Shown: positions 19,101 through 24,463 of the stretch, in pieces | How positions within the stretch are numbered: position 1 is the first letter of the stretch | How the letters are laid out: each line of letters starts with the position of its first letter | DNA from: Methanobrevibacter ruminantium M1 | Lineage (GTDB): Archaea > Methanobacteriota > Methanobacteria > Methanobacteriales > Methanobacteriaceae | Assembly (NCBI RefSeq): GCF_000024185.1 | Contig: NC_013790.1 | Span: forward strand, 2,709,613 to 2,741,612 | Direction: 5' to 3' | DNA: 32,000 nt | The notes under the pieces: generated by a model | Seen by the model: only the letters and a program-made list of their open reading frames with translations | What the model was told of the DNA's origin: nothing | Database searches by the model: none | Program-made: the position numbers and the translations under genes

Positions 19101-19379
19101 AAAAGACAAAGTTTCCCCTTCGTTTACTGCATTTGCACTAAGGGAAGTGGTTTTTGCCTTAGAATCAGCTGAGTCGCCAGTATCATTAACAATTATGTCA
19201 GTAGACTCATATGATATATCATCATTTGTTATTGTATTATCAATTGTTTGAACTTCATCTACAGTTGCTGGGGCAACAGCATCATCTGCAGCGACGTCGT
19301 CAGCTGCACTTACTGCACCTAAAGCAATGAGAGATATAAGTACAATTGATATCAACATACTTATTTTTTCAAATTTCAT
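4179..19379 (-). CDS. Giant secreted adhesin-like protein: six Pmp-type parallel beta-helix modules plus an Ig-like domain array (~5,066 aa)
   Basis: Uninterrupted 15.2-kb ORF. I moved the start from ORF-track 19409 to ATG 19379, because GGAGTG lies 5 nt upstream and the product then begins with a classical signal peptide. Six modules are dense in GGA[ILV] and FxxN tetrapeptides. They lie at roughly 17940-19110, 16180-17475, 14770-15875, 13330-14450, 11850-13000 and 9400-10668. Each module opens with a T(F/L)T(D/E)LQxLI-like head and is followed by Ig-like domains. The C-terminal ~1,700 aa (4182-9400) is an array of ~95-100-aa Ig-like repeats. There is no hydrophobic C-terminal anchor. Confidence 0.9.
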   Translation of the reverse strand: MKFEKISMLISIVLISLIALGAVSAADDVAADDAVAPATVDEVQTIDNTITNDDISYESTDIIVNDTGDSADSKAKTTSLSANAVNEGETLSFTQLAADVSSSPSMLSGAYYKYDPSTDTAFENGITLTNGLTIIGGGATIDGDNQARIFNIPEGVSVTIMGVTLINGAADEGAAIYNSGKLTLMNAKVNDNTAVKSGGGIYNNGGEVLVTSSEFDGNDLTDRTVNGYGGAAIYSNGGSVTITDTNVTNNLKNIVHRGGTGTYTGDLSSAAVTSNNADLTVTNSRFIANSGSYGGAIYSGESTSANLLVSGSTFEDNFAFNGGAIDIVGTSYTISDSTFKNNNVKGTGSTNSNYASGGAICVQDANNPGLISGCDFEANSGVVGGAVNCENTMVLDCTFTDNTANSANSETFNGKTNNRGGFAGAIYNEGTITISDCEFDDNAGRGEGIRVKNAEISDSSFTNTRIDTCQNSNVLLTNNTYNNPDRDVQAASGTQVTVDVADGDIPNANTAPYIVGDLTFTDLQALIDSGSSGIRLTGNVIKTAEEETTFADGLNVDKTVTIYGAEGKVIQANSGKIFNVAEGKTLTLRNATLQGSGETAITNYGTVYLYLADNNQFTDCGDVLIDNHGRTTETGLTTFTQLNNLIGLVNGGTVYIGESKITKAEDEKEAYKNGIVIDKDLSILGSYNTYYKYVKTSINANNDGRIFTVAEGKSLSLKYINVTNGAADEGAGVYVSEDATLIADTANFIKNTAVTKGGAIYSEGTVDLTNVNIKNNTISKTDGVMADDNGGAALYNNGGTATLDKVNVTDNQKTYVIGDIMDGVVVSKGATTITNSYFANNSGRWGGAITQTGTDQTLTVEDTIFEENTAIFGAAIFDNSPLVVKDCKFYNNSAIGPGSPGTSNSQGAAILVMDDTASADISGSEFINNTADCGGAVSLAGVGSDSSIDDCTFIDNTAYADGGAVYFWTESASVTVTDSEFISNTAPYGGAIENEGLGDLIVDGCEFTENTASLRGGAIISSGDTSVSNSKFTDNEASGNTNAIYLYNSGSSLSLSNNVITGSDDAQIYVKEGIDVVTPLKVKILNNETVNINMVPYDITATVTDDKGNNIVDLAFRFTVGDDVVDGISIDAATGVYTATFTPTQAGEFVVSTNLANADEVQTGTLNVFRTLTDLKAIIDANTNGTIDLDGNYAYNAEFDSALTDGIVINKDIVINGNGFTICGENSTRLFHVTSGFLTLKNATVCHGAAEKGAGVYVDHGSKLSTDYVTFTENTAVKRGGAIYSEGMVYIGNSVLDSNNITFRSANDDNGGAAVYNLNGQLTIEKSNITNNLKDIVIRNGNAGDLLVGVVVTTGDTLIKDSYFANNTGSWGGAISSLGYMNTDDYTLTVKGTTFEGNNATFGGAIFVESSNLVVDDCIFNENTGVGKGSDGTSNTQGGAIVVHPTGSKATITNSKFNKNSANTGGAVSLAGVGQDSLIEGCTFTDNTANDGGAVYLWTGGNAIVTVKDSSFSDNTANFGSAISSDGTLSLSHNEIANDYTITPIGSYDGTIVSAIYVTTLNGETIITGNPTQNLTATITDDNGNPIVEKGLVLEVYGEEVETSYDKTTGIHSAIHTFTKPNSYRITAKGFDQDHTTPGYIVYTGGTFNELQDLINAAEEGATITLDHSIVYDEEFDGVPFLDGITVNKTVTIVGAEGVEICANNLARVFKVTDGATLTLKDATVCHGTAQKGAGVYVDAGASLIADNVTFTKNTAVKRGGAIYSEGMVYIGNSVLDSNNITFRSANDDNGGAAVYNLNGQLTIEKSNITNNLKDIVIRNGNAGDLLVGVVVTSGETLITDSYFANNTGSWGGAISSLGYMNNEDYTLTVIGTTFEGNNATFGGAIFVESSNLVVDDCTFNENAGVGKGSPGSASTQGGAIVVFPSGTKATITDSRFNKNSANTGGAVSLAGVDQDSLIEGCTFTENTGNDGGAVYLWTQGDATVTVKDSTFTGNTAGWGNAISTDGALKLEGNTISSTSADVGNWAGTIDSKVYAQILANDTYNWHMGGFVINATLTDDMGNLINDHNFNYVITKEGATDSISVPATFYTSLGYYQGTFTPADIGTYLISLDYAVEEVNTSVVVVSRSLIDLANIIAADEDGIIDLDDSYTYIEEFDSSIVDGIVIGKDVTINGNGHTICGDDKARLFHVTDKALTLNNVTLCHGNALNGGAVYVESAATLNANNAEFNENTATYRGGAIWSTGTVNVKDSSFDNNNITYRARNVDNGGAAIFNNGTLNVDHSNFTNDLVGYVVRTGDTNSPQLIDGIILSSGVAVINNSHFENNSGTYGGAITAVPIASLGSTATSLTVENCEFINNLAYCGAGISINADGNGKTTYSIKNSTFIGNNATGVGSTGSTSAGGAISIARDSEGTITDSKFYNNTATTGGAIDVSATRSSSKVTIDNCDFENNTATAGDGGAVRISKNNLEVAVKNSNFTNNDATGDGAAIYNNGVLTLEGNKVTSGETEIYVGPNGSVVNSIVKAIFLGDAEDNTILAFLGDEVHPYATLTDDNGNAIYDVDFNITVDGVEYETSYDDSTQQYTATYTILHAGDNIVSTNYDAQKTDGKYDVPKANATIVVTTESISVGDKATVNINLTGTDGVGLNGTVKITINKAFTDTVVTENGINVTEVEGLEIGEYFVYVYFEGNSDYNPEYNYTLFRVTGNVSYFNVTIEDVTYDDAATIKVTVQDGPIDDPDNGVTGIVLVTIQGKDVNFENTYSVSVIAGEGSYTVEGLAPGNYSYAAKLLADELYNEAYLEPQNFTVFENPYSELEVTDDGPIASGETVNITATLTDFQGNPIEGATLEVYDTGVWIANITTNAEGIAETSIDNLGYGLHDITVIFNDTVHDVQTETVTVSVTPKKGTFTDLQYLIDTADGRLVLPYDFAFDAAYDEQFFLTGVLVDDNIIISGAGHIIDGMKKARILYINAPNVKIFNVSFVNGKSDVGAAIYTEADYLLVDSCYFANNDPEAGAAIYAESGVTDVEETIFFNNTAVNGGAIYVESGATLNVADSEFNQNTATYRGGAIWSNGTVNVKDSSFDKNDITYRVKNDDNGGAAIFNNGTLNVVNSRFTNNLLNYVIRTGDDNHPELVDGVILSSGKAKISNSHFENNSGTYGSAITALPIGTELSDLTVENCEFITNLAYCGAAIYVGSGTTLFYINDCVFIGNNATGVGSNGYVATGGAIKIAKKATGIIADSQFYNNSAANGGAIDISATSGNTASVLIDSCVFGYNVADQGGAIYIDNRTTVNLYDSTLYYNEGEALNYHIFLNGDATLGFEGNNFYTTIPTIVAEDTYAYGETITINGTFDWGVNNKPINMIYTINGAPGTAEVVDGNYTILIDNQPDVGDYTIVITAFTDENGNVYHVETAQKTISVTKATPILSVEGDEYLMPPSDDATVTISLTDKDGNGIKGTVIVTVAGETYLVETDEDGDGELTINDLPATTWAIDAKFIGNDNYNEVVNDTEEITFIADVAYFDIIIEDGVYGDKLTVIVENATDIDGNSLTGMVTGMISTGDDDISFIVYVNNGQGTNTTTTAGGVGKFTGDAYFYDSMMEFMSGPEECSAYVSPANATLYLVPWDADDLSSDIAYGDTIEFGAAVFGVNLEELNGTVYYIITELNKKGEIAIVNGSGAVNLTDILDVGTYTVISYFVDDKGNYDPESSVNYTNFKVAKATPTLNVENAQQVYADTNTITFNVTGIDDKGVKGTVIAIKPISEDVSGAIYDPETGLGELTFNGLVVGDNPIVVKFLSDDDNYANAEKTINITITQATLAIDSTITTQEIVYGKDVEADVTVTGIVQEDTVIANVSLYDNATGELLDSFNIALGLEDSISFEDLEVGDYYYTIEFTSELYAGDNFTSEVFTVNTAEILDLDSSNVDNVSYGEGIDITVYVDGMIEGDLIEVNFTVVDATTGDDVFNGTYNISNGDVITVPPLDVGKYSYSVSFYGDDKYNTGGADSIAAVGSFEVLDMSDVDVLVTADESITYGEKVTVEIDPIVSEGGLPVTGTATIYVYDDPASVDPVYVLADVELDKDGATAVLDTILPTGEYWIVVDFESDDGYYDGRGVTSTIVDLALAKLSIDPITVTYGETIPITVTALGNGGELLNGTVEFKIYGPGFEGTVTVKNGTGVTNITERFDVGTYTIIAAFGDDGANYEGFNITSLEITPATPIVRVTGSEVEYGEPSTVTVSVSDIDGMPLSGKVIVTVDWVVDGLTQVIDLDDSNEASFDLSPYVHQGTYDVTVTYIANGNYGEAVNDTETVNVTASTTATVNVEVPEDVSYGDELTIKVTAEDGAGEQIPLEAVNVTVNGETKEYPVDENGTVNLGVLPAGDNEITVALDDGTHKPTKTEATAKVAPAEAVVFVDTDNDNPSYGDVVVVTVNATNKDKPIDADACLVVDGYLIGYYDLEDGQVEISIKDLAPGKHEIEVSVANGNYSEGSYGRAIVNVDKATPVISAEGETVEWGEVATVKVNATGANGEKLNIPLVVRVIWEVSGVDELIEIENGTGEAAFQISNYVAPGTYNVTVIFLGNDEYYPVNNTEAKIILTEPKTVEMEVSITPDEYGKATNVTVTLKDVASKPLEGSTVTVTVDGKEYANATIGEDGTVTVPVEGLEAGNHTIAVDFDDGEHSPVHEEENIAIEPSTDATVEATVNVGENETTVDVIVKDSTGEGINGTVIVYVDGEPVANTTVGNDTSSVSIGQLAPGDHTVDVEFVNPNYAPTSYSTHVTESTSLTNMTVKVDKKNILYGESDITATIEFTSEGKALDGVVEVLLNGEAQNVTVTGGKATVKFSDLAADHYTVVSNFAGNATYAPSSDSANFVVERKATKFNYNDMNTTAVNPNVDGRIGEYFYFQLVDQDGKALANKSVSIGFNGKVYNRTTNETGWAKLQINLRIVFGYTFAISFLGDDNYTGAFNVALINVSAQTPKLSTSSKVYKASAKTKTLTAKLLTSSGNVDKGKKLTFTVNGKSYSATTNDKGVASVKVSISQKGTYSFTVKNAKDNTYASVSKTAKLVIK
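4182..4770 (-). other. Lys-rich basic C-terminal Ig-like region of the giant protein
   Basis: The last ~195 aa (KATKFNYNDM...SKTAKLVIK) contain, by my count, about two dozen Lys plus 3 Arg against about a dozen Asp/Glu. The preceding ~4,800 aa are strongly acidic with few Lys/Arg. Confidence 0.7.
9550..10260 (-). repeat. Intragenic paralogous core (beta-helix module 6)
   Basis: It resembles 12010-12750, roughly 80-90% identical by eye with small indels (offset 2487 bp near 10141/12628). Shared protein strings include TATYRGGAIWS.GTVNVKDSSFD and SHFENNSGTYG. Confidence 0.75.
12010..12750 (-). repeat. Intragenic paralogous core (beta-helix module 5)
   Basis: Partner of 9550-10260. Confidence 0.75.
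13400..14200 (-). repeat. Intragenic high-identity core, copy A (beta-helix module 4)
   Basis: It matches 14840-15640 at a constant offset of 1440 bp (480 codons). Positions 13912-14122 are identical, base for base, to 15352-15562 (211 bp). Confidence 0.9.
14840..15640 (-). repeat. Intragenic high-identity core, copy B (beta-helix module 3)
   Basis: Partner of 13400-14200. The two copies also produce the near-identical antisense ORFs listed at 13792..13995 and 15232..15435. Confidence 0.9.
19305..19379 (-). other. Sec-type signal peptide of the giant protein
   Basis: MKFEKISMLISIVLISLIALGAVSA / ADD: a basic n-region, a hydrophobic core and a VSA-A cleavage-like site. Confidence 0.75.
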
Positions 19380-19590
19380 AAAAACACTCCAAAAAGCATA
19401 CCTTTTCAAAGATCAATTTTTCAACAATTAGATACAAGTCTAATTTACCGAGTTTAAAGTTTTTTAAATTGACAATACTATTAAAATAGTTTTAAAAGAG
19501 AACTAATAGTTTTTTAAATAAATAATAGCATATATAAACCTTAAAACAAGAATTAAAGATTTATTCCAAGAATAAAATTATCCTAAAAGA

Positions 19591-19650
19591 AAAAATTTTA
19601 TAAATTTACTCTAAAAAGAAAAAAAATTCATAAATTTATTCTAAAAAGAA
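19591..19650. repeat. 30-bp tandem repeat x2 upstream of the giant gene
   Basis: aaaaattttataaatttactctaaaaagaa (19591-19620) is followed by aaaaaattcataaatttattctaaaaagaa (19621-19650), 27/30 identical. The pair sits ~210-270 nt upstream of the ATG at 19379. Confidence 0.7.
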
Positions 19651-20555
19651 TATAAAACTTAAAATCATCTTTAATTTATGAATCAAAGCCCTTTTTAAAA
19701 AATATTAAACTTCCTAATTAACCTTCTAGCTCAGAATAAAATTATCAAATTAAATCGCTTAAAAGGCAATAGTCCAAAAAAGATTTTCAAGACCATTGAA
19801 AATTAAATTCTAAAAGAATTAAATTAAGCCAATTACTATAATCAACTTAAGTCATAAAAAGCCAAAATAGAATCGACTTTGCTCTTTTCGAATTAAATTA
19901 AGCCAATTATTTCAATTAACTTAATTTAAAACTTCAAGAAAAAAAGGAATTTAATTTTAATTATTTTATCTGAAATTACAGTACACCCCTTAAATTTAGT
20001 ACTTACTAATCATTTTCATATCCTTTGATTGTCTTGAAATATAAAAATATCAATCAATTATTGAACAGATAACTAAATTAATATTCCATATTTAACTTAT
20101 CATAGATAACGCTCGAAATAATTAATAGTGATTATATATTTAGTCATAATATTATATAAATATTGTTAAATGATATGAATGAAAAGATAAATTTTATTTT
20201 AGTTTTTTAAAAATAGTTAGTTAATTGTTTATAAAATCTAAAAAAATTTGAATGATTGTAAAAACTGCCTTATTAATGTAAATCTAAATGTTTATTATAA
20301 GTAAAAAAAATATAAATGTTGATTATACATAAAAAAAGAATAAAAATTTTTTATAAAAAAGCACTGAACTTAAATCAAAAAAAACAAGAAAAACTAAAAT
20401 AAAGACAAATAAAAAAGAATAAAAATTTTTTATAAAAAAAAGCAATATCTTATCATTATAAAGACAATTAAATCTAAAATAATGAAAAATAAAAAATAAA
20501 TAAAAAAAATAAATCAATTTAGATTAATTAAATATTCAAAACAGGACCTAATCAA

Positions 20556-22349
20556 TCAAAGACTATCACAGAAGTCTTTAATAGCTGATTCAAACTTAAA
20601 TGCAGCTTCTCCGATGATGAGAATGATATCAGTATCAAGGTTCAATGCCTCCTTAAGTCCTCCTATCACCTGGTCTTCGCTTGCTCCAAGTGTTTTAATG
20701 GATTCCTGCTTTAAATCCTCATCTGTCAATACAAAAGTCTTGCAAAGCTCATCTAAAGTATAAACACTATTTAAATGAAGTTCTTCTTGCCTGTTTTCCT
20801 TTGTCAACTCAATAAGCTTATCGGCAGCATACCTGCAGTCATGTGAAGCAGGGACAATATAATCCACTTTTCCAATAGCTGAATCAAGTATATCGAAGTC
20901 CCCTTCAACCCCTGACTCCGAACTGACTGTAATAACTACACAAGTCTTGTCATATATCTTGGATATGGCATCCAATATGGTCTCGACCCCTGCAGGATTA
21001 TGGGCATAATCCACCATGATTGTAGTGTCTTCTATTTTATCGATTATCTCCATACGGCCAGCCACACCTTTGAATGTGGACAATCCTTTTTGAATATCCT
21101 GATTGGATAGGCCTAAAAACTCTTTTGCAGCGATTATGGCTCCAACTGCATTGTATACATTATGAAGTCCATCAAGTGTCAGCTTAAATTCAAACTCATC
21201 GTCTCGAGATGCAAGATTGAAGCTGCGATTCATTAAATCTATATCCTTTGCAATGTAAACAGGCTTTTCATACTTTATTCCACACTGGCATTCATAGAAT
21301 CCGCTGCCTGAGATGGTTTCATATATCTTAATATCTCTGCCGCACCAGCATGGCTTTGTGTGGATTTTGATAGGGGAAACAGAATCAAATGAGGAATCAA
21401 AATCGAATTCATCGATTTCCAACTCAAAATTATCGAATTCATCGATTTCCACCCCAAAGCTAATGGATTTGCCGCTGTAGTTCAACTTATCCAAAAGCCC
21501 TACAATGGTAGGATCGTCGCTATTGTAAATCAATAGGCCGTCGTTTTCTTCGATTCCCTCTATAAGCTCACCCTTAACTCTCGCATATTCAAGAAATCCT
21601 CTGTCGATATGGGATACCTCATCGTCACCAATATCCAATGAAATTGCGCTTAGACTTTCATCAACGCCGTCCTTATGGTCATCAGGGTCAACCAGGTGGT
21701 CGATTGTGATGTTCGTCAAGATTCCATAATTTGGATGGGTCAAATCGATTACAGACTTCAATCCGCCAGGAGTGCCGTCTGTTCCAGTTTCCAAAATAGC
21801 CACATCCCCATGAAGCCTTGTCTGAAGTGATGGAATAAATTCGTTGTTTCCCTGCATCCCCTTAAGATTGTGTTCGGCAGGGCTTATTCCATTGGAATAT
21901 GCAATATGCTTTAAAAGAGTTGTTGTGGTGGTCTTTCCATTAGTGCCGCTAATGCATAAAATAGGTTTGTTTGCCTTGAAAAGCTTAAAAATATCTCCTA
22001 AATGAAGAATATCAATCCCCTTCTCTCTTGCAAGCTCTAAAACCTTAGCATCATCACTCATGCTTGGAGGTGGAACTATAAAGTCTATTTGCTTAAAGAA
22101 TTCATCTGGATGGCCTCCAAAGAATATTTCAATATCATAATCATCAAAGGATGAATAGAATCTGCAATCTTCCTTAGATGAGATGTCTGTACCGATTACC
22201 TCATATCCGTTATCCATAATGATACGAGCAACAAGGTTTCCAACTACGCCACATACTCCAATTACGCCAAAGGTCTTGCCCTCTAAGTTAAGACCTTTCA
22301 ATTCTTCATCAGACATACCAGAGAGCTCTAAACTTTGCAATTTAAACAC
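20556..22349 (-). CDS. Mur-ligase family protein with Rossmann-type N-domain and a Cys4 insertion (candidate pseudomurein peptide ligase)
   Basis: N-terminal GxGxxG-type segment GVIGVCGVVGN. Mur-ligase P-loop ISGTNGKTTTTT (~21920-21955). End-of-central-domain motif DGLHNVYNAVGA and C-domain motif VDYAHNPAG. The start is uncertain: GTG 22349 (ORF track), TTG 22340 (AGGTG 6 nt upstream) or ATG 22316. Confidence 0.8.
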   Translation of the reverse strand: MFKLQSLELSGMSDEELKGLNLEGKTFGVIGVCGVVGNLVARIIMDNGYEVIGTDISSKEDCRFYSSFDDYDIEIFFGGHPDEFFKQIDFIVPPPSMSDDAKVLELAREKGIDILHLGDIFKLFKANKPILCISGTNGKTTTTTLLKHIAYSNGISPAEHNLKGMQGNNEFIPSLQTRLHGDVAILETGTDGTPGGLKSVIDLTHPNYGILTNITIDHLVDPDDHKDGVDESLSAISLDIGDDEVSHIDRGFLEYARVKGELIEGIEENDGLLIYNSDDPTIVGLLDKLNYSGKSISFGVEIDEFDNFELEIDEFDFDSSFDSVSPIKIHTKPCWCGRDIKIYETISGSGFYECQCGIKYEKPVYIAKDIDLMNRSFNLASRDDEFEFKLTLDGLHNVYNAVGAIIAAKEFLGLSNQDIQKGLSTFKGVAGRMEIIDKIEDTTIMVDYAHNPAGVETILDAISKIYDKTCVVITVSSESGVEGDFDILDSAIGKVDYIVPASHDCRYAADKLIELTKENRQEELHLNSVYTLDELCKTFVLTDEDLKQESIKTLGASEDQVIGGLKEALNLDTDIILIIGEAAFKFESAIKDFCDSL

Positions 22350-22537
22350 CTCATAGATAAATAAAAAAAAGAAGTAAATTTAGAATAATAAGTTCAAAAC
22401 AATGATAAAATAATAATATTTCAAGATTTAAGTTTTTAGATAAACAATAAGTTCAATTATTTAAAATAATTAATTCACAGAAAAAAGAAAAATAAATAGT
22501 TTAAAACTAAAAAAAATTAAATTTTTAGATTTAAACT

Positions 22538-24034
22538 TCATTTGTACTTCTTACAACCTTCCTCAAGGCCTGTAACTATCTTTTCCATAATTCCTTCAGG
22601 GTCCTGCATCAATTGAGGTCCAAGGTGAAGAATGGTATCTCCTGGCTTTGAATACTTGATTGCAAGCTCAGCCCCTTCCTGCATGGTTCCAGCTATAACT
22701 TTAACTGCATCTGAGTCAACAGCTGCATCCAATAGCTCTTGAGCAGGCTCAAGATCTACCCTTTGATAAACCTCATTAAATCCTGTGGCAACCATGACAT
22801 TAGCATATTTGCCCATAAGCTTACCGGTTTCCTTCTTATCTCTGTAAGTGGAAGTATCAAAGTTATCCAGAAGCAGAACAAGACTCCTATCTCCTAAAAA
22901 GTCAAGAGCGACTGTAATACCTTCAATAAGATATGATGCATCAATATAAACTTCCCTACCATTGTAGTCTCCAATATACTCCATATGGACAGAAAGACCC
23001 TTGAAGTTAGCAAGCCCTTCCTTGATTATCTCTACGCTTAATCCATATGCCATTGCTATAGCAGTTGCTGCCACCGCATTCTCATAATAATAGCTCATCA
23101 TATGGAACTCAGACTGGAAGCTTCCTTTTCTAAGCTCATTTGACTTGTTTCTAAACTTATAGCCAATTTCAATAGCGCCTTTAGCACTGTCTCCAATGAA
23201 ATTGCATACTTGGCCTTCTCCGATAGCTATCTCTTCAAAGTTTGCTATCTTGTCAAAGAAGAGTGATTTCTTGGATGGGTCATAAGCAGGGAGGTCCTTA
23301 ACCATTGCGTAAAAGATTGCATCAGGTCTTGCTTCCTTTACGGTGTCCTTGCAGTGAATGCTTGTAATGAAGTTTTCGCTGTTTTTGGCAATGAACATCT
23401 TCCTTTGGGTGTATCTTTCCATAGAGCCACCGAACTCTGAAAGGTGCTCCTCATATATGTTTAAGAGTGCTCCAACCTTAAGCTTAAGCTCTGCCATAAG
23501 GCCGGCTGTTCCATGAGGAAGCTCAAGAACAGCAATGTCAGACTTTTCAGGAATTCCCTTGATTATTCCGTCTACAATGACTTCGCTTACAAGGTTTTGA
23601 GTCATAGATGAGCAGATCCAAACCTGATAACCTGCAGTTCTGAATATTTCAGTCACCATATGGGTGGTACTGGTCTTGCCTACGCTGCCGGTTATTCCGA
23701 TTATGTCAATGTCAATGAAGCTGTCTGCCAATCTGCCAAAGTCATCATTGGTGAATACGTCTAAATCAGCTTCCTTAATGATCTTATAGGCTGGAGAGTT
23801 TTCAGGAACTGTTGGAGAGAGATAGACTGTGTCTATTCCATCAAGACTTGGCTTGAATACTCCTAAGTCCAATTCAACTCCTTCGCTTTCCATAAGCCTT
23901 AATGTCTTTTGAACATCCATATGGAAGTCTTCTATGTTCTTGGGATCTGTTATCTTAACCGTGTGGCCAGCATAATTTAATAATCTTGCAACAGGACGAC
24001 CTGCATTTCCTGCTCCTACAACAATAACATTCAT
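22538..24034 (-). CDS. Mur-ligase family protein, second paralogue (candidate pseudomurein peptide ligase)
   Basis: Rossmann loop VVGAGNAGRP and Mur-ligase P-loop GITGSVGKTSTT (~23665-23700). I moved the start from 24055 to ATG 24034 because GGAGTG sits 5 nt upstream of it, giving the N-terminus MNVIVVGAGNAG. The C-terminal domain is divergent, with no clean DYAH motif. Confidence 0.8.
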   Translation of the reverse strand: MNVIVVGAGNAGRPVARLLNYAGHTVKITDPKNIEDFHMDVQKTLRLMESEGVELDLGVFKPSLDGIDTVYLSPTVPENSPAYKIIKEADLDVFTNDDFGRLADSFIDIDIIGITGSVGKTSTTHMVTEIFRTAGYQVWICSSMTQNLVSEVIVDGIIKGIPEKSDIAVLELPHGTAGLMAELKLKVGALLNIYEEHLSEFGGSMERYTQRKMFIAKNSENFITSIHCKDTVKEARPDAIFYAMVKDLPAYDPSKKSLFFDKIANFEEIAIGEGQVCNFIGDSAKGAIEIGYKFRNKSNELRKGSFQSEFHMMSYYYENAVAATAIAMAYGLSVEIIKEGLANFKGLSVHMEYIGDYNGREVYIDASYLIEGITVALDFLGDRSLVLLLDNFDTSTYRDKKETGKLMGKYANVMVATGFNEVYQRVDLEPAQELLDAAVDSDAVKVIAGTMQEGAELAIKYSKPGDTILHLGPQLMQDPEGIMEKIVTGLEEGCKKYK

Positions 24035-24071
24035 TTTTACACTCCAAATATGCAATAGTTTTAAATTTAGA

Positions 24072-24080
24072 TTATATATA
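24072..24080 (-). promoter_or_regulatory. Candidate TATA box for the 22538-24034 Mur-ligase gene
   Basis: The minus strand reads TATATATAA, centred ~42 nt upstream of ATG 24034. The implied TSS near 24050 leaves a short leader containing the GGAGTG ribosome-binding site (24040-24045). Confidence 0.35.
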
Positions 24081-24463
24081 AGGTTAATTTTTTTAAAGAA
24101 TTTTTATTGAATAAATCTGATAAGTTTTTATAAAATTATGAATAACTTATTAAAAACTTATGGTTTATTAATTTATATGATAATATTTATTATTTTTATA
24201 TAACTTAAACTTTTTTAAAAAATCAGTCAATTTTAAAGAATTTTAATAAAATTTTGCTTATTAAATTTTGTCTATAGGGGTTTAGTAAAAAACTAATTTT
24301 TTTAAGAAAAATCAAATTTTAATTAAAGCTGTTTAAATTAGAAAAAAGTCAAAAATATCAGACATTTTTATAAATAGTTATATATAGTAAACTTAAACTC
24401 AAAATAGAACAATTATATTTAAATAAAAGTAATTATAAACTATCTAGCAAGAGTTCAGTTTCA

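Noticed and set aside
19380-19409. ORF-track start of the giant gene at 19409 (MKRYAFWSVF...)
   Set aside because: The GGAGTG ribosome-binding motif would lie inside the coding sequence. ATG 19379 gives a canonical signal peptide.
20323-20517. 64-aa ORF MIYFFYLFFIFHYF...
   Set aside because: It is a Phe/Leu/Tyr-only translation of an A/T homopolymer-rich spacer containing the 29-bp A/T repeats, with no RBS. It is a compositional artefact.
21275-21457. 60-aa alternative-frame ORF inside the Mur-ligase gene
   Set aside because: It is nested in the Mur-ligase frame and is produced by the internal 30-bp-period repeat.
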